This document shows positions 9,222 through 18,907 of a stretch of DNA of 64,000 nucleotides, one piece after another (the stretch's first letter is position 1; every line of letters begins with the position of its first letter). This stretch comes from Bacteroidales bacterium (GTDB lineage Bacteria; Bacteroidota; Bacteroidia; Bacteroidales; UBA7960). The stretch lies in the NCBI GenBank assembly GCA_031323845.1, contig JAVIYP010000005.1, positions 9,153-73,152 on the forward strand, read 5' to 3'. A program made the translations under genes and the position numbers. The notes under the pieces were generated by a model. The model did no database searches, was not told where the DNA came from, and saw only the letters and a program-made list of their open reading frames with translations.

Positions 9222-9935
9222 ATGAAAAAAACAACAATTATTGTCCTCGGATTTTTGGTTATGCTTTGCGGAAGCAAAAACCTGCATGCTTTTCAGCCGG
9301 AAAGGATGTTCCCCGACGACAGGTTCATCGTAACTGCGTTCACTGATCTTTGGCAGAACGTGCCCCAGGGCATGGAGCTGAATCGGATCCAGCGAGGCAT
9401 AAATATCAGCGCGTTGCAGGACATGCCCCTGGGAAGGACGAATTTCAGCATTGCCGCCGGACTTGAATTTTCCAGCCACAACCTGTACAGCGATCACAGG
9501 TACGTATGGCTTTTTGAACAGGATAAGTTTGATTTTTTTCCCATACACTCGCAGTACCGCTACGACCAAAACAAGCTCAGCCTAAACTATCTGGAGGTGC
9601 CTGTACAGTTCCGGTTCAGGACCCGCGACCTTTCGCGCACCTTCAGGGTATATGCAGGGATAAAAGCCGGATGGCTGATGAATGCGCATACCAAATACGA
9701 GGGAGATGAGCATTTTGCCTCCGCAGGCATCATATTACCCTATGAGAACAGAAAGGTAAAGATAAAGGAACATCGCCTCAAAAACCTCTACGAATACCGG
9801 ATCGGACTTACGGCAACCATCGGATACGGTGCCCTGAATTTCTTCATGTATTACCCGCTGACAGACATCTTCAGGGACAACAGCGCAGCAGATATGCGGC
9901 CTGTATCAGTGGGTGTTTCCTTTGTCGTCTTTTAA
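9222..9935 (+). CDS. Small outer-membrane beta-barrel protein (PorT / OMP_b-brl_2-like)
   Basis: Signal peptide MKKTTIIVLGFLVMLCG. Alternating beta-strand pattern, LNYLEVPVQFRFR motif, aromatic C-terminal residue. The ORF track starts 24 nt further upstream. Confidence 0.65.
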   Translation: MKKTTIIVLGFLVMLCGSKNLHAFQPERMFPDDRFIVTAFTDLWQNVPQGMELNRIQRGINISALQDMPLGRTNFSIAAGLEFSSHNLYSDHRYVWLFEQDKFDFFPIHSQYRYDQNKLSLNYLEVPVQFRFRTRDLSRTFRVYAGIKAGWLMNAHTKYEGDEHFASAGIILPYENRKVKIKEHRLKNLYEYRIGLTATIGYGALNFFMYYPLTDIFRDNSAADMRPVSVGVSFVVF

Positions 9936-10119
9936 CGGCTTTTACAGCATCAGCGCCAGTGTCGTTTCCATGCAACTGTATCGGTTAAGTCGCAGAGATT
10001 TCTTTCTCAGCTTCAAAAATAAAAACCGGGCATAGCATTAGCTGTGTAAGGGTTTTATTTTGCAGAGATGGGGAAAAAGATCAAGACCTGGGTTGGCCAA
10101 GGCAGCGCTGACATGAAAG

Positions 10120-10743
10120 TCAGGTGCGGAAATAATAAAACAACAGCAGCATGGCAAGCAGGCCGAGCAAATACCCGGCATACACCTGTGCAGGATTGTG
10201 TGCCCTGAGTATAAGCCTCGACGAGGCTGTTATCCCTGACACCAGTATCGCCGTCACAATCAGCCAGGAAATATCGGTTTGAAGCAACAGGGAGGTAATG
10301 ATGAGAAATCCCGTCAAACCTCCAAGAGAAACCATATGGATGCTGATCTTCCAGAAAAAGGAGACCATAAGCGTCAGAATAACCAATAGTGTGGCGCTGA
10401 TGATAAAGAAGTAGATCAGCGATGGCAGTGCCAGCTGACGCAGCAAGTAATACGTTATAAAGAAAAGGGCGATGGTGACCATCAACGGCAGAATGCGTTC
10501 ATTACGGTCATAAAGCCTGATGTCTTTCACATAGCCCGTATGTTTCATTAATAAGACCGACAGCATCGGGGCAACAGCCGTATTAATAAACACGATAAGC
10601 AACAAAAAACGCCTGGCTCCGGCACTTATGGCGAAGGTAAGAAAGGTGTCAAGCTGAAACAGGATAAACAAACCCAATGTGGGTATGAGTATGGGATGAA
10701 AAAGCGTGGAAAAGGCCCTTGCTACATTCTGCTGGTTAAGCAT
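10120..10743 (-). CDS. Polytopic membrane protein, PAP2 (acid phosphatase)-superfamily-like
   Basis: 207 aa, about 6 TM segments. His-containing motifs (KISIHMVS, SRLILRAHNPAQV) resemble PAP2 motifs 2 and 3. Lies immediately downstream of rpoN. Confidence 0.5.
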   Translation of the reverse strand: MLNQQNVARAFSTLFHPILIPTLGLFILFQLDTFLTFAISAGARRFLLLIVFINTAVAPMLSVLLMKHTGYVKDIRLYDRNERILPLMVTIALFFITYYLLRQLALPSLIYFFIISATLLVILTLMVSFFWKISIHMVSLGGLTGFLIITSLLLQTDISWLIVTAILVSGITASSRLILRAHNPAQVYAGYLLGLLAMLLLFYYFRT

Positions 10744-10745
10744 GC

Positions 10746-12239
10746 TTACAACTCCTTTCGTAGTCTGGCCACGGGTATATCCAGTTGTTCCCTGTATTTG
10801 GCCACTGTCCTGCGGGCAATGTTGTACCCTTTATCTTTCAGAATACCCGCCAGTTCGTCATCGGTGAGGGGTTTTCTCTTGTTTTCCGCTGCAATGCAAT
10901 CCTGCAGGATCTTTTTAACCTCCCTGGTTGAGACCTCCTCGCCGGTATCTGTTTGCATGGACTCTGAGAAAAACTCTTTCAGCAGGAAGGTCCCATAGGG
11001 CGTCTGGATGTATTTGCTGTTAGCTACTCTTGATATGGTAGAGATGTCGAGCTGGACCATGTCGGCTATATCCTTCAGAATCATTGGCCTGAGCTTTGTC
11101 TCATCGCCGGTGACAAAGTAATCTTTCTGAAACTCCAGAATGGCCTGCATGGTCATCATCAGTGTATTCTGCCGTTGTTTTATGGCATCAATAAACCATT
11201 TGGCGCTATCCAGTTTCTGTTTAACGAAAAACAATGCCTCTTTCTGTCTTTTATCGGCTTTCCCTTTTGAATCGGCCATAGCCTGAAACATCTCCGAATA
11301 GGTGCGGTTAATGCGCAGATCCGGTGCGTTTTGGCTGTTTAATGTTAATTCCAGCTCCCCTTCGTTATGTGTCAGGATAAAATCCGGAACCACATATTCG
11401 GCCATCTTACCTGCATCGTGCAGGGCATTGCCGGGTTTTGGGTTCAGCTTGAGTATCACTTCCATCGCATCCTTAAGATCCTGCTCGCTCATTCCGTGCT
11501 TTCGCTTGATCTTATCGAAATGCTTCTTAGTGAAATCATTGAAGCTTTTTTCGAGCACCAGTCTGGCGTAATACACTGGTTTTGTCTGGGGCCCTTTCCG
11601 GCGTATCTGTATCACCAGGCATTCCTGCAGATCCCGTGCGCCGATCCCCGGCGGGTCGAATTCCTGTACGATACGCAGCGTGTTAATGACCTCGGTAAAG
11701 TTGGTTTTCAGGTTTTGATTGAAGGCAAGGTCGTCCACCAGCGAATGAATATCGCGTTGCAGATATCCGGACTCATCAATGTTGCCAATGATATGCGCGG
11801 CAATGAGGTGTTCTCTTTCCGACAGGTTTCTCAGGCCAAGCTGTGCCAGCAACACCTCCTGAGCACTGCTTGCCGAAGCGTGGGGGATTTCCCTGCTTTC
11901 GTCATCGGCCCCGTGGTTTTGGGCCGACAGGCGATAGTCGGGAATATCGTCGTCTTCAATATAGTCGCTGTAGTCAAATTCATCATCAGGATCATACTCT
12001 TCGCCATTCTCGCTGAACTCGTCTCCGGTTTCCATGGCATTGTCAAACTCTTCATCCTCCGGCTGGTTGTCAAACTCTTCGGGCAGGTCCTCACCTTCTT
12101 CCAGGGCGGGGTTCTCTTCGATTTCCTGTTTGATGCGCTGATCCAGCAACAACGTGGGCACCTGCAGCAGCTTCATCAGTTGAATCTGCTGAGGCGACAG
12201 CTTTTGTATCAGTTTTTGCTGTAATTTCTGTTTAAGCAT
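10746..12239 (-). CDS. rpoN: RNA polymerase sigma-54 factor
   Basis: 497 aa. Gln/Leu-rich region I (MLKQKLQQKLIQKLSPQQIQLMKLLQ), acidic region II, RpoN box ARRTVAKYR. Confidence 0.95.
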   Translation of the reverse strand: MLKQKLQQKLIQKLSPQQIQLMKLLQVPTLLLDQRIKQEIEENPALEEGEDLPEEFDNQPEDEEFDNAMETGDEFSENGEEYDPDDEFDYSDYIEDDDIPDYRLSAQNHGADDESREIPHASASSAQEVLLAQLGLRNLSEREHLIAAHIIGNIDESGYLQRDIHSLVDDLAFNQNLKTNFTEVINTLRIVQEFDPPGIGARDLQECLVIQIRRKGPQTKPVYYARLVLEKSFNDFTKKHFDKIKRKHGMSEQDLKDAMEVILKLNPKPGNALHDAGKMAEYVVPDFILTHNEGELELTLNSQNAPDLRINRTYSEMFQAMADSKGKADKRQKEALFFVKQKLDSAKWFIDAIKQRQNTLMMTMQAILEFQKDYFVTGDETKLRPMILKDIADMVQLDISTISRVANSKYIQTPYGTFLLKEFFSESMQTDTGEEVSTREVKKILQDCIAAENKRKPLTDDELAGILKDKGYNIARRTVAKYREQLDIPVARLRKEL

Positions 12240-12303
12240 AAAACACTAAATTTCGTGTTCCGGGCCTATGCCCCTGTCCATATGCAGGACCTTACCAAAT
12301 ATA

Positions 12304-12438
12304 CATGAAATTTTTTTCATGCGAAATTACACACAAACGCATGAAAAAAATTCATGGGAAAGCGAATCGGTTCCTCCTGTACATCTTCATTTTGTAAATT
12401 GTTTCAACAAAATGAAGATGCTTTTTTACAGGAGAAAT
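12304..12438. repeat. Dispersed hairpin element, copy B (uninterrupted)
   Basis: Two CATGAA..TTCATG palindromes followed by a 14+8 bp hairpin: ctcctgtacatcttcattttgt..acaaaatgaagatg..tacaggag. Collinear with 3923-3963 plus 4164-4259. Confidence 0.85.
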
Positions 12439-12476
12439 ATAATAAAAAGATTTATTCACCGGCAAAGAAACCAGAC

Positions 12477-13886
12477 TTAAAATGCAGCATTTTGCGGTGT
12501 GCGGGGAAACGGTATCACATCCCTGATATTCCCCATGCCCGTTACAAAGAGCATCAGCCGTTCAAACCCCAGCCCAAAACCACTGTGAGGTGCCGTGCCA
12601 AACTTCCTGGTTTCCAAATACCACCACACATCCTGTTCCTTTATGCCCATTTCTTTGATGCGGCCATATAATTTATCATAGTCTTCCTCCCGCTGTGAGC
12701 CACCGATGATTTCACCGATTTTCGGAAACAAAACATCCATGGCGCGCACAGTTTTCCCATCATCATTAAGCTTCATATAAAAGGCCTTGATTTCCCTGGG
12801 ATAGTCAGTAAGAATAACAGGCTTTTTGAAATGCCGTTCCACGAGGTAACGTTCGTGTTCCGACTGCAGGTCAACGCCCCATGACACGGGAAATTCAAAT
12901 TTCTGCCCCGCGGTTTCCAGAACACGTACGGCTTCAGAATAGCTGAGACGCTCAAAACGGTTTTCAGTAACAAACCGTAGCCTCTCCAACAGATCTTTGT
13001 CGTACATGTTCTGTAAAAACTCCAGATCATCCTCGCAGTTTTCAAGCAAATATCCTACCAGGTATTTAAGGAAGGACTCGGCCAGATCCATGTTGTCGTG
13101 GATGTCGTAGAAAGCCATCTCCGGCTCTATCATCCAAAATTCAGACAAATGCCTTGAGGTATTGGAGTTTTCCGCCCTGAAGGTTGGGCCGAAGGTATAG
13201 ATGTTGGACAGGGCCAGGGCTCCAAGTTCGCCTTCGAGCTGACCGGACACCGTGAGGTTGGTCTCCTTTCCGAAAAAGTCCTGGCTAAAATCCACGGCTC
13301 CCTGTTTGTCCATAGGAATGTTTTTCAGGTCAAAGGTAGTCACCCTGAACATGGCGCCGGCACCTTCGGCATCAGAGCCTGTGATGATCGGGGTATGCAA
13401 ATAGTAAAAACCGTTATCGTTAAAAAATTTATGGATGGCAAACGAAAGCGCGTGACGGATGCGAAAAACCGCACCAAAGGTGTTCGTCCTGGGTCTTAAA
13501 TGAGCAATTTCACGTAAAAACTCCAGGGTGTGACCTTTTTTCTGCAGGGGGTATTTTTCCGGGTCGGCTGTACCGTAAAGCTCCAGCTCCGTAACCTGTA
13601 TCTCAACTTTTTGTCCCTTTCCCTGTGACTCCACCAGTATTCCATTGGCAGAGATACAGGCTCCTGTGCTGACGCCCCGGAGGAGTTCATCGTTTTGAAA
13701 GGACTGCACGTCAACCACCAGCTGTATGTTATGAATGACAGAGCCGTCATTGAGGGCAATAAAAGCAACATTCTTGTTGCCGCGGCGTGTTCGTACCCAC
13801 CCCTTTACATTGATCTCTTTTCCCAGCAGCCGGCCATGGTCGCCCTTCAGAAGTTCATAAACCCGCTGTCTTTTTATTTCTTTCAT
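12477..13886 (-). CDS. asnS: Asparagine--tRNA ligase
   Basis: Class IIb aaRS with N-terminal OB fold. Motif 3 [17 protein letters not shown]. First ATG (MKEIKRQRV) chosen; the ORF track start at 13895 is GTG. Confidence 0.95.
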   Translation of the reverse strand: MKEIKRQRVYELLKGDHGRLLGKEINVKGWVRTRRGNKNVAFIALNDGSVIHNIQLVVDVQSFQNDELLRGVSTGACISANGILVESQGKGQKVEIQVTELELYGTADPEKYPLQKKGHTLEFLREIAHLRPRTNTFGAVFRIRHALSFAIHKFFNDNGFYYLHTPIITGSDAEGAGAMFRVTTFDLKNIPMDKQGAVDFSQDFFGKETNLTVSGQLEGELGALALSNIYTFGPTFRAENSNTSRHLSEFWMIEPEMAFYDIHDNMDLAESFLKYLVGYLLENCEDDLEFLQNMYDKDLLERLRFVTENRFERLSYSEAVRVLETAGQKFEFPVSWGVDLQSEHERYLVERHFKKPVILTDYPREIKAFYMKLNDDGKTVRAMDVLFPKIGEIIGGSQREEDYDKLYGRIKEMGIKEQDVWWYLETRKFGTAPHSGFGLGFERLMLFVTGMGNIRDVIPFPRTPQNAAF

Positions 13887-13973
13887 AATCAACACTTGTT
13901 ATCCGACAATCAGGATAAAACACAAGATTTATCCTATTGCAAAAATACGTACAATTTTCGAACGAAGACTTTT

Positions 13974-15143
13974 TCAGAGACACCGTTCCATGCTTTGCCA
14001 CATTAATTTGGCAGTCCTGTCCCAGGAAAATTTGCCTGACTGCACACGGCCTTTGTGTACCAGATCATTCACCAGCACATTATCGTTGACCATCCGGTGC
14101 ATGGCATCCGCAATTTGCCCGACAGAATCAGGTTCTACCAGCAGGGCGGCATCACCGGCAACTTCAGGCATGCTGGTCACGTTGGAAGCGATCACCGGCA
14201 CATCGCACTGCATGGCCTCAATAATGGGTATGCCAAAACCCTCAAAGTGGGACACCAGCAGCAATGCACGGGCAGACGCAACAATGTTTTTCAAAGACTC
14301 CTCAAACTGGCGCCCCGTAAAAACAACGTCGTTTTTGAACTGCATCGCCTGAAAAACCTGCTTCAGGTTACCCGAACCAAACATTTGGGCGCCAACAATG
14401 AGCAGTTTATGGTTTTGCGTATCATTTCTCCTGAACACATCGAACGCACGCAGCATGCTGTCAATGTTTTTTCTCTTGTGAAGTGCGCCGATGTACACAA
14501 AATACGGACTTCCTCCGGTGAAGGACTTTCGCGTAGCTGCCTTCACCGCGTCATCTACGGGCTCAAAAACCTCATGTATCCCGTTATACACAACATCAAC
14601 CCGGCTGGCAGGATAGTTGAAGGTGTTCACAATATCATGTTTTGAATACTCTGAAACCGTGGCAATCCGCGTTGAAACGGCTGCATACTTTGGGAAAAAA
14701 TGGGTGTAGTATTTTCCGGTAAGATAAGGTACGTAGCGCGGTTTATGCATAAAGTTCAGGTCGTGAAACACCGGCAGCTGAGGGCCATCGAAACCTTTCG
14801 AAAGAAACCCGTCGGGAGAAACAAAAAGATCTGCTTTTTCTTTTTGTAGAAAATGGCGTACTGCGTATTCGAAATAGAGATAATACAGCAACGGGTGCCG
14901 GGCTTGTGGAAAAAGCTTCACCGGGATGACATTGTCGCTAAATACAAACTCCCGGCTGTAAGGACGGTCAAACAAAAAATAAAAGGTGATCTCCGGATGC
15001 GACCTGACAATCCTCTTGAACGTTTGGCAGGTAAACCACCCAATTCCTTCAAGCTTACCGGGCAGCAACAAGCGGGTGTTTACGGCGATTTTCAAAACCT
15101 GTGTCTTAATCGTTATACAAAACAGGCCGGGCGGTCGATGCAT
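13974..15143 (-). CDS. Glycosyltransferase, GT4 (GT1-fold) family
   Basis: E-x7-E region EGFGIPIIEAMQCDVPVIASNVTSMPEVAGDAALLVEP. The real start may be the TTG at 15095 (MKIAVNTRLLL). Confidence 0.85.
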   Translation of the reverse strand: MHRPPGLFCITIKTQVLKIAVNTRLLLPGKLEGIGWFTCQTFKRIVRSHPEITFYFLFDRPYSREFVFSDNVIPVKLFPQARHPLLYYLYFEYAVRHFLQKEKADLFVSPDGFLSKGFDGPQLPVFHDLNFMHKPRYVPYLTGKYYTHFFPKYAAVSTRIATVSEYSKHDIVNTFNYPASRVDVVYNGIHEVFEPVDDAVKAATRKSFTGGSPYFVYIGALHKRKNIDSMLRAFDVFRRNDTQNHKLLIVGAQMFGSGNLKQVFQAMQFKNDVVFTGRQFEESLKNIVASARALLLVSHFEGFGIPIIEAMQCDVPVIASNVTSMPEVAGDAALLVEPDSVGQIADAMHRMVNDNVLVNDLVHKGRVQSGKFSWDRTAKLMWQSMERCL

Positions 15144-15185
15144 GAGCCGGCCAAATCAAAAAGGCAAAAATATGTTTTTATTTCT

Positions 15186-15193
15186 TAATTTTG
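15186..15193 (+). promoter_or_regulatory. Candidate -7 promoter box (TAatTTTG) for fba
   Basis: Matches TAnnTTTG, 43 nt upstream of the ATG at 15236. Confidence 0.4.
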
Positions 15194-15235
15194 AACGATC
15201 AAAGTCAATTAAGTAAAACGATAAACACGAAAAAA

Positions 15236-16315
15236 ATGACAGCAAACCTGATGAAGCATATCGAGCCCGGTGTATTGTCCGGGGCAGACGTTAAGGAGGT
15301 ATACCGGATTGCCAAAGAACACCGCTTTGCCCTTCCTGCGGTAAATGTTGTTGGCACCAATTCCGTAAATGGTGTGCTGGAAACGGCCCGGTTGGTCAAC
15401 TCCCCGGTCATCATTCAGTTCTCGAATGGCGGGGCGCACTTCTTTGCAGGGAAGTCGCTTTCCAATGATCAGCAGCATGCAGCTATCGCAGGTGCTGTGT
15501 CGGGCGCACATCACGTACATATGATGGCTAAGGCTTACGGTGTCCGCGTCATCCTGCACACCGACCACGCGGCCAAAAAGCTGTTGCCCTGGATCGACGG
15601 ACTGATGGATGCCAACGAAGAGCATTTCAACAAAACAGGCAAACCCCTGTTCAGTTCGCACATGCTCGATCTTTCCGAAGAAAGCCTGGAAGAAAACATC
15701 AGCATCAGCTGCAGCTACCTGGAGAGGATGCACAAGCTTGGCATAAGCCTTGAAGTAGAACTCGGCGTTACAGGCGGCGAGGAAGACGGGGTGGATAATA
15801 CCGGCATCGACAGTTCAAAACTGTATACGCAGCCCGAAGAGGTCGCCCAAATGTACAAAGCGCTGATGAGCGTATCGGACCAGTTCACCATTGCAGCTGC
15901 TTTTGGCAATGTACATGGCGTATACAAGCCGGGCAATGTGCAGTTACAACCTGTTATTTTAAAAAATTCCCAGGCACACATAAAGTCACTCTACAACACC
16001 GGCGAAAACCCGGTTGATTTTGTATTTCACGGAGGCAGTGGCTCAAGCCGCGAAGAAATAAGGGAGGCAATCTCTTACGGTGTGATCAAGATGAATATAG
16101 ATACCGACACGCAATGGGCGTATTGGGATGGCATCAGGGGCTTTTATCAAAAGAACGAAGGCTACCTGCAGGGTCAGATCGGCAATCCGGAAGGCGACGA
16201 CAAGCCCAACAAGAAATACTACGACCCACGCACCTGGCTGAGAAAAGGAGAGGAAAGCATGCGCGACAGGTTAAAGCTGGCTTTTGAAGACCTTAACGCC
16301 ATTGACAGGAACTAA
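15236..16315 (+). CDS. fbaA: Class II fructose-bisphosphate aldolase
   Basis: Motifs ILHTDHAAKK and FVFHGGSGS. First ATG chosen (MTANLMKHIEPGV); the ORF track start at 15191 is TTG. Confidence 0.93.
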   Translation: MTANLMKHIEPGVLSGADVKEVYRIAKEHRFALPAVNVVGTNSVNGVLETARLVNSPVIIQFSNGGAHFFAGKSLSNDQQHAAIAGAVSGAHHVHMMAKAYGVRVILHTDHAAKKLLPWIDGLMDANEEHFNKTGKPLFSSHMLDLSEESLEENISISCSYLERMHKLGISLEVELGVTGGEEDGVDNTGIDSSKLYTQPEEVAQMYKALMSVSDQFTIAAAFGNVHGVYKPGNVQLQPVILKNSQAHIKSLYNTGENPVDFVFHGGSGSSREEIREAISYGVIKMNIDTDTQWAYWDGIRGFYQKNEGYLQGQIGNPEGDDKPNKKYYDPRTWLRKGEESMRDRLKLAFEDLNAIDRN

Positions 16316-16815
16316 TCCAGGGCGGGGTAGTTGATCATATCCACCACAATATATGCTGCCGGATAGTTTCTCCGTATGGATTCCAGGAACCTCCGGGCGT
16401 CAAGCCGTGTGCGGAAGTCACCGGCGCGGAGTTTAAAATAAGGCTCTTCATATATAATGTAGGATGGTTGTTCCGGGTATTTCTCTTCGAAATCAGCCTG
16501 GGCCTGCTGTGTATTTAGCCGCGCACGATTGCCCGAATCCATGTAAATATGCACCCTGAAACCCGGGATGCCCGGTTTTTCTTTCATAGCTTCGTTATGA
16601 GCCTTCACAAGGAGGTCAATAAGTTCGCTCTGTGCAATATGCTCCCAGGGCAGCAGGTGCTGCACTTCAACCGTATCAGCATAAAACGTGTCAAAAAAAA
16701 CCGTATCGGGACTCAGTGTGTCTCCGGCATGCTCAACAACAGGCCGGGGAGGCTGAACTCCGGCTACAGCTGCAGTAAACGCCAGCAAACAGCATCCGAA
16801 AAAGAAAGCTTTCAT
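16312..16815 (-). CDS. SPOR-domain protein
   Basis: Signal peptide, then a C-terminal SPOR-like fold (GFRVHIYMDSGNRARLNTQQAQADFEEKYP..YFKLRAGDFRTRLDARRFLESI). Confidence 0.7.
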   Translation of the reverse strand: MKAFFFGCCLLAFTAAVAGVQPPRPVVEHAGDTLSPDTVFFDTFYADTVEVQHLLPWEHIAQSELIDLLVKAHNEAMKEKPGIPGFRVHIYMDSGNRARLNTQQAQADFEEKYPEQPSYIIYEEPYFKLRAGDFRTRLDARRFLESIRRNYPAAYIVVDMINYPALD

Positions 16816-16882
16816 GAGTTTGTATTTGCGTATATGTTTGATTAGTTGTGTTTTATGTTTATACCAAAGTTATGATTGGATG

Positions 16883-17113
16883 CCGGAGGTCAGATGTGCA
16901 AATGTGAAGATGTGCAGATGTAAGGCTATTGTTTAATTGTTTAATTGTTGATTCGTTTAATCGTTTAATTGTTGATTCGTTTATTCGTTGATTCGTTTAA
17001 GAGTTAATTTGTTGAAGCCATCCGACTTCTGAATTCTGACTTCCGACTTCTGACCTCTGACCTCTCTTTCTTCCTTCGAGCTTCCAGCTTCGAGCTACTT
17101 TACTTCCTTCCGG
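16883..17113. repeat. Mosaic tandem-8-mer element, copy 1 (modules A-B-C-D)
   Basis: Module A (cagatgtg)x4 at 16891-16922. Module B (gtttaatc/gtttaatt/gattcgtt) about x9 at 16928-17000. Module C (gacttctg/gacctctg) at 17022-17065. Module D (cgagctt/ccagctt) at 17071-17096. Near-identical inverted copy at 25261-25503. Confidence 0.9.
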
Positions 17114-17310
17114 CAATCGCTGTCACTGTTGGCAAAGTTACACCAAATTTATTCATTAATAGCCGTTTCATTGGTATAACCGGAAACGTGAGGTGTGAAG
17201 TTTATCCGGGGGCAGTCAGGTGGCGGCACATACAGCGTTGTCTGTTTGTACGGCAGATGGGTCCTGCTGTTCGGTTTCGGTGTATATTTAAAAAAGGTTG
17301 CTACAGCGGG

Positions 17311-18786
17311 TTAATAGGCCCTTGCAAACACGGCCCGGCCCTGCGAAGGTTTGCCTGTAAAGACGCACCGGCCGGGTTCCTTTCCGGTGTCGAAGGGAAT
17401 GCAGCGAATGGTGGCCTTGGTAGCCTCTTTTATCTTTTCTTCGGTTTCTGCGGTGCCGTCCCAGTGTGCCAGAACGAACCCCCCTTTTTCTTCAATCAGC
17501 TGCACGAACTCATCCCAGTTGTCGGCACGGCGCGTATTTTCCTCCCTGAATTTCAGGGCACGCTGAAACAGATTTTTCTGGATCGTGTCCAGCAGTGCTT
17601 CAACATGCGGAACAAGCTGGTCGGCCGGGATAATGTTTTTTTCGAGGGTATCTCTCCTGGCAATCTCCAGGGTTTTGTTTTCAACATCACGCGGTCCGAG
17701 GGCAATTCTAACGGGCACGCCCTTAAACTCATATTCGTTGAATTTCCACCCGGGTTTATGGGTGTCTCTGTCGTCAAGTTTTACAAGCAGTCCTTTTTGT
17801 TCCAGCGACGCTTTAATCTTTCGGGCATGCTCGCACACCAGGTTGTACTGTTCCGTGTTTTTATAAATCGGGACAATAACCACCTGTATGGGTGCCAGTT
17901 TTGGTGGCAGCACGAGGCCATGATCATCGGAATGTGCCATGATAAGCGCACCCACCAGGCGGGTGGACACTCCCCAGGATGTAGCCCATACGTATTCGAG
18001 CTTGCCCTCCTTGCTGGCAAATTTGACATCAAAAGCCCGGGCAAAGTTCTGCCCAAGAAAATGTGATGTACCGGCTTGCAGGGCTTTACCGTCCTGCATC
18101 AGGGCTTCGATGCAAAACGTTTCCACAGCTCCTGCAAAACGTTCATTTTCAGACTTAATGCCTTTTAACACCGGGATCGCCATAAAGTTTTCCGCAAAAT
18201 CGGCATACACATCAAGCATCCTGTAGGTTTCTTCCAGTGCTTCCTGCTCCGTGGCATGGGCAGTGTGCCCCTCCTGCCAGAGAAATTCGGCAGTGCGCAA
18301 AAACATACGCGTCCGCATTTCCCAGCGAACCACATTGGCCCACTGGTTAACCAGGATCGGCAGGTCGCGGTAGGACTGGACCCAGTTGCGGTAAGTGTCC
18401 CAGATAATGGTTTCGGAGGTTGGCCTGATAATCAGCTCCTCTTCAAGCCTGGCCGAATCGTCGACAACCACACCCTTGCCGTCAGGTGCATTTTTCAGCC
18501 GATAATGGGTTACGATGGCACACTCTTTGGCAAAACCCTCCACATGATCAGCCTCTTTGCTGAAGAAGGATTTGGGAATAAACAGCGGGAAATATGCGTT
18601 GGAATGACCGGTATCCTTGAACATTTTGTCAAGCGCAGCTTGCATCTTCTCCCAAATGGCATAACCGTAAGGCTTGATCACCATACAACCCCTTACCGCC
18701 GAGTTTTCAGCAAGTTCTGCACGTTGTACAATGTCGTTGTACCACTTGGAGTAATTCTCTTCCCTGGTTGAAAAATCTTTATCCAT
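17311..18786 (-). CDS. proS: Proline--tRNA ligase (archaeal/eukaryote-like type)
   Basis: 491 aa class IIa aaRS without an INS editing domain. C-terminal Zn-binding-type domain ending ..FARAY. Confidence 0.95.
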   Translation of the reverse strand: MDKDFSTREENYSKWYNDIVQRAELAENSAVRGCMVIKPYGYAIWEKMQAALDKMFKDTGHSNAYFPLFIPKSFFSKEADHVEGFAKECAIVTHYRLKNAPDGKGVVVDDSARLEEELIIRPTSETIIWDTYRNWVQSYRDLPILVNQWANVVRWEMRTRMFLRTAEFLWQEGHTAHATEQEALEETYRMLDVYADFAENFMAIPVLKGIKSENERFAGAVETFCIEALMQDGKALQAGTSHFLGQNFARAFDVKFASKEGKLEYVWATSWGVSTRLVGALIMAHSDDHGLVLPPKLAPIQVVIVPIYKNTEQYNLVCEHARKIKASLEQKGLLVKLDDRDTHKPGWKFNEYEFKGVPVRIALGPRDVENKTLEIARRDTLEKNIIPADQLVPHVEALLDTIQKNLFQRALKFREENTRRADNWDEFVQLIEEKGGFVLAHWDGTAETEEKIKEATKATIRCIPFDTGKEPGRCVFTGKPSQGRAVFARAY

Positions 18787-18907
18787 ACTGGCTTTGGTAT
18801 AATATTTGTGCTTTAGTTTATGAACATTAAAACGGGCAAATTTAACAAAAAAGACGCTTATAACGACTTTTTATAAAAACCAAACAAAACAACCAGGAGG
18901 AAGAGTC

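Noticed and set aside
11367-12224. 285-aa ORF antisense to rpoN. Similar cases are 30296-31093 versus prfB, 34835-35629 versus the AbgT gene, 37290-38079 versus fusA2, 54781-55539 versus aroB, and 58652-59344 versus aroC.
   Set aside because: All lie inside genes with unmistakable family motifs on the opposite strand, and none has a recognisable motif, signal or plausible start context.
16928-17000. Tandem short repeats considered as a degenerate CRISPR array
   Set aside because: The period is only 7-8 bp, there are no spacers, and no cas genes are nearby. This is microsatellite-like rather than CRISPR.
17188-18066. 292-aa ORF antisense to proS
   Set aside because: It lies entirely inside the strongly supported proS gene on the other strand. 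The sequence is low-information (R/G/F/C-rich) with no motifs. Long antisense ORFs are common at this GC content.
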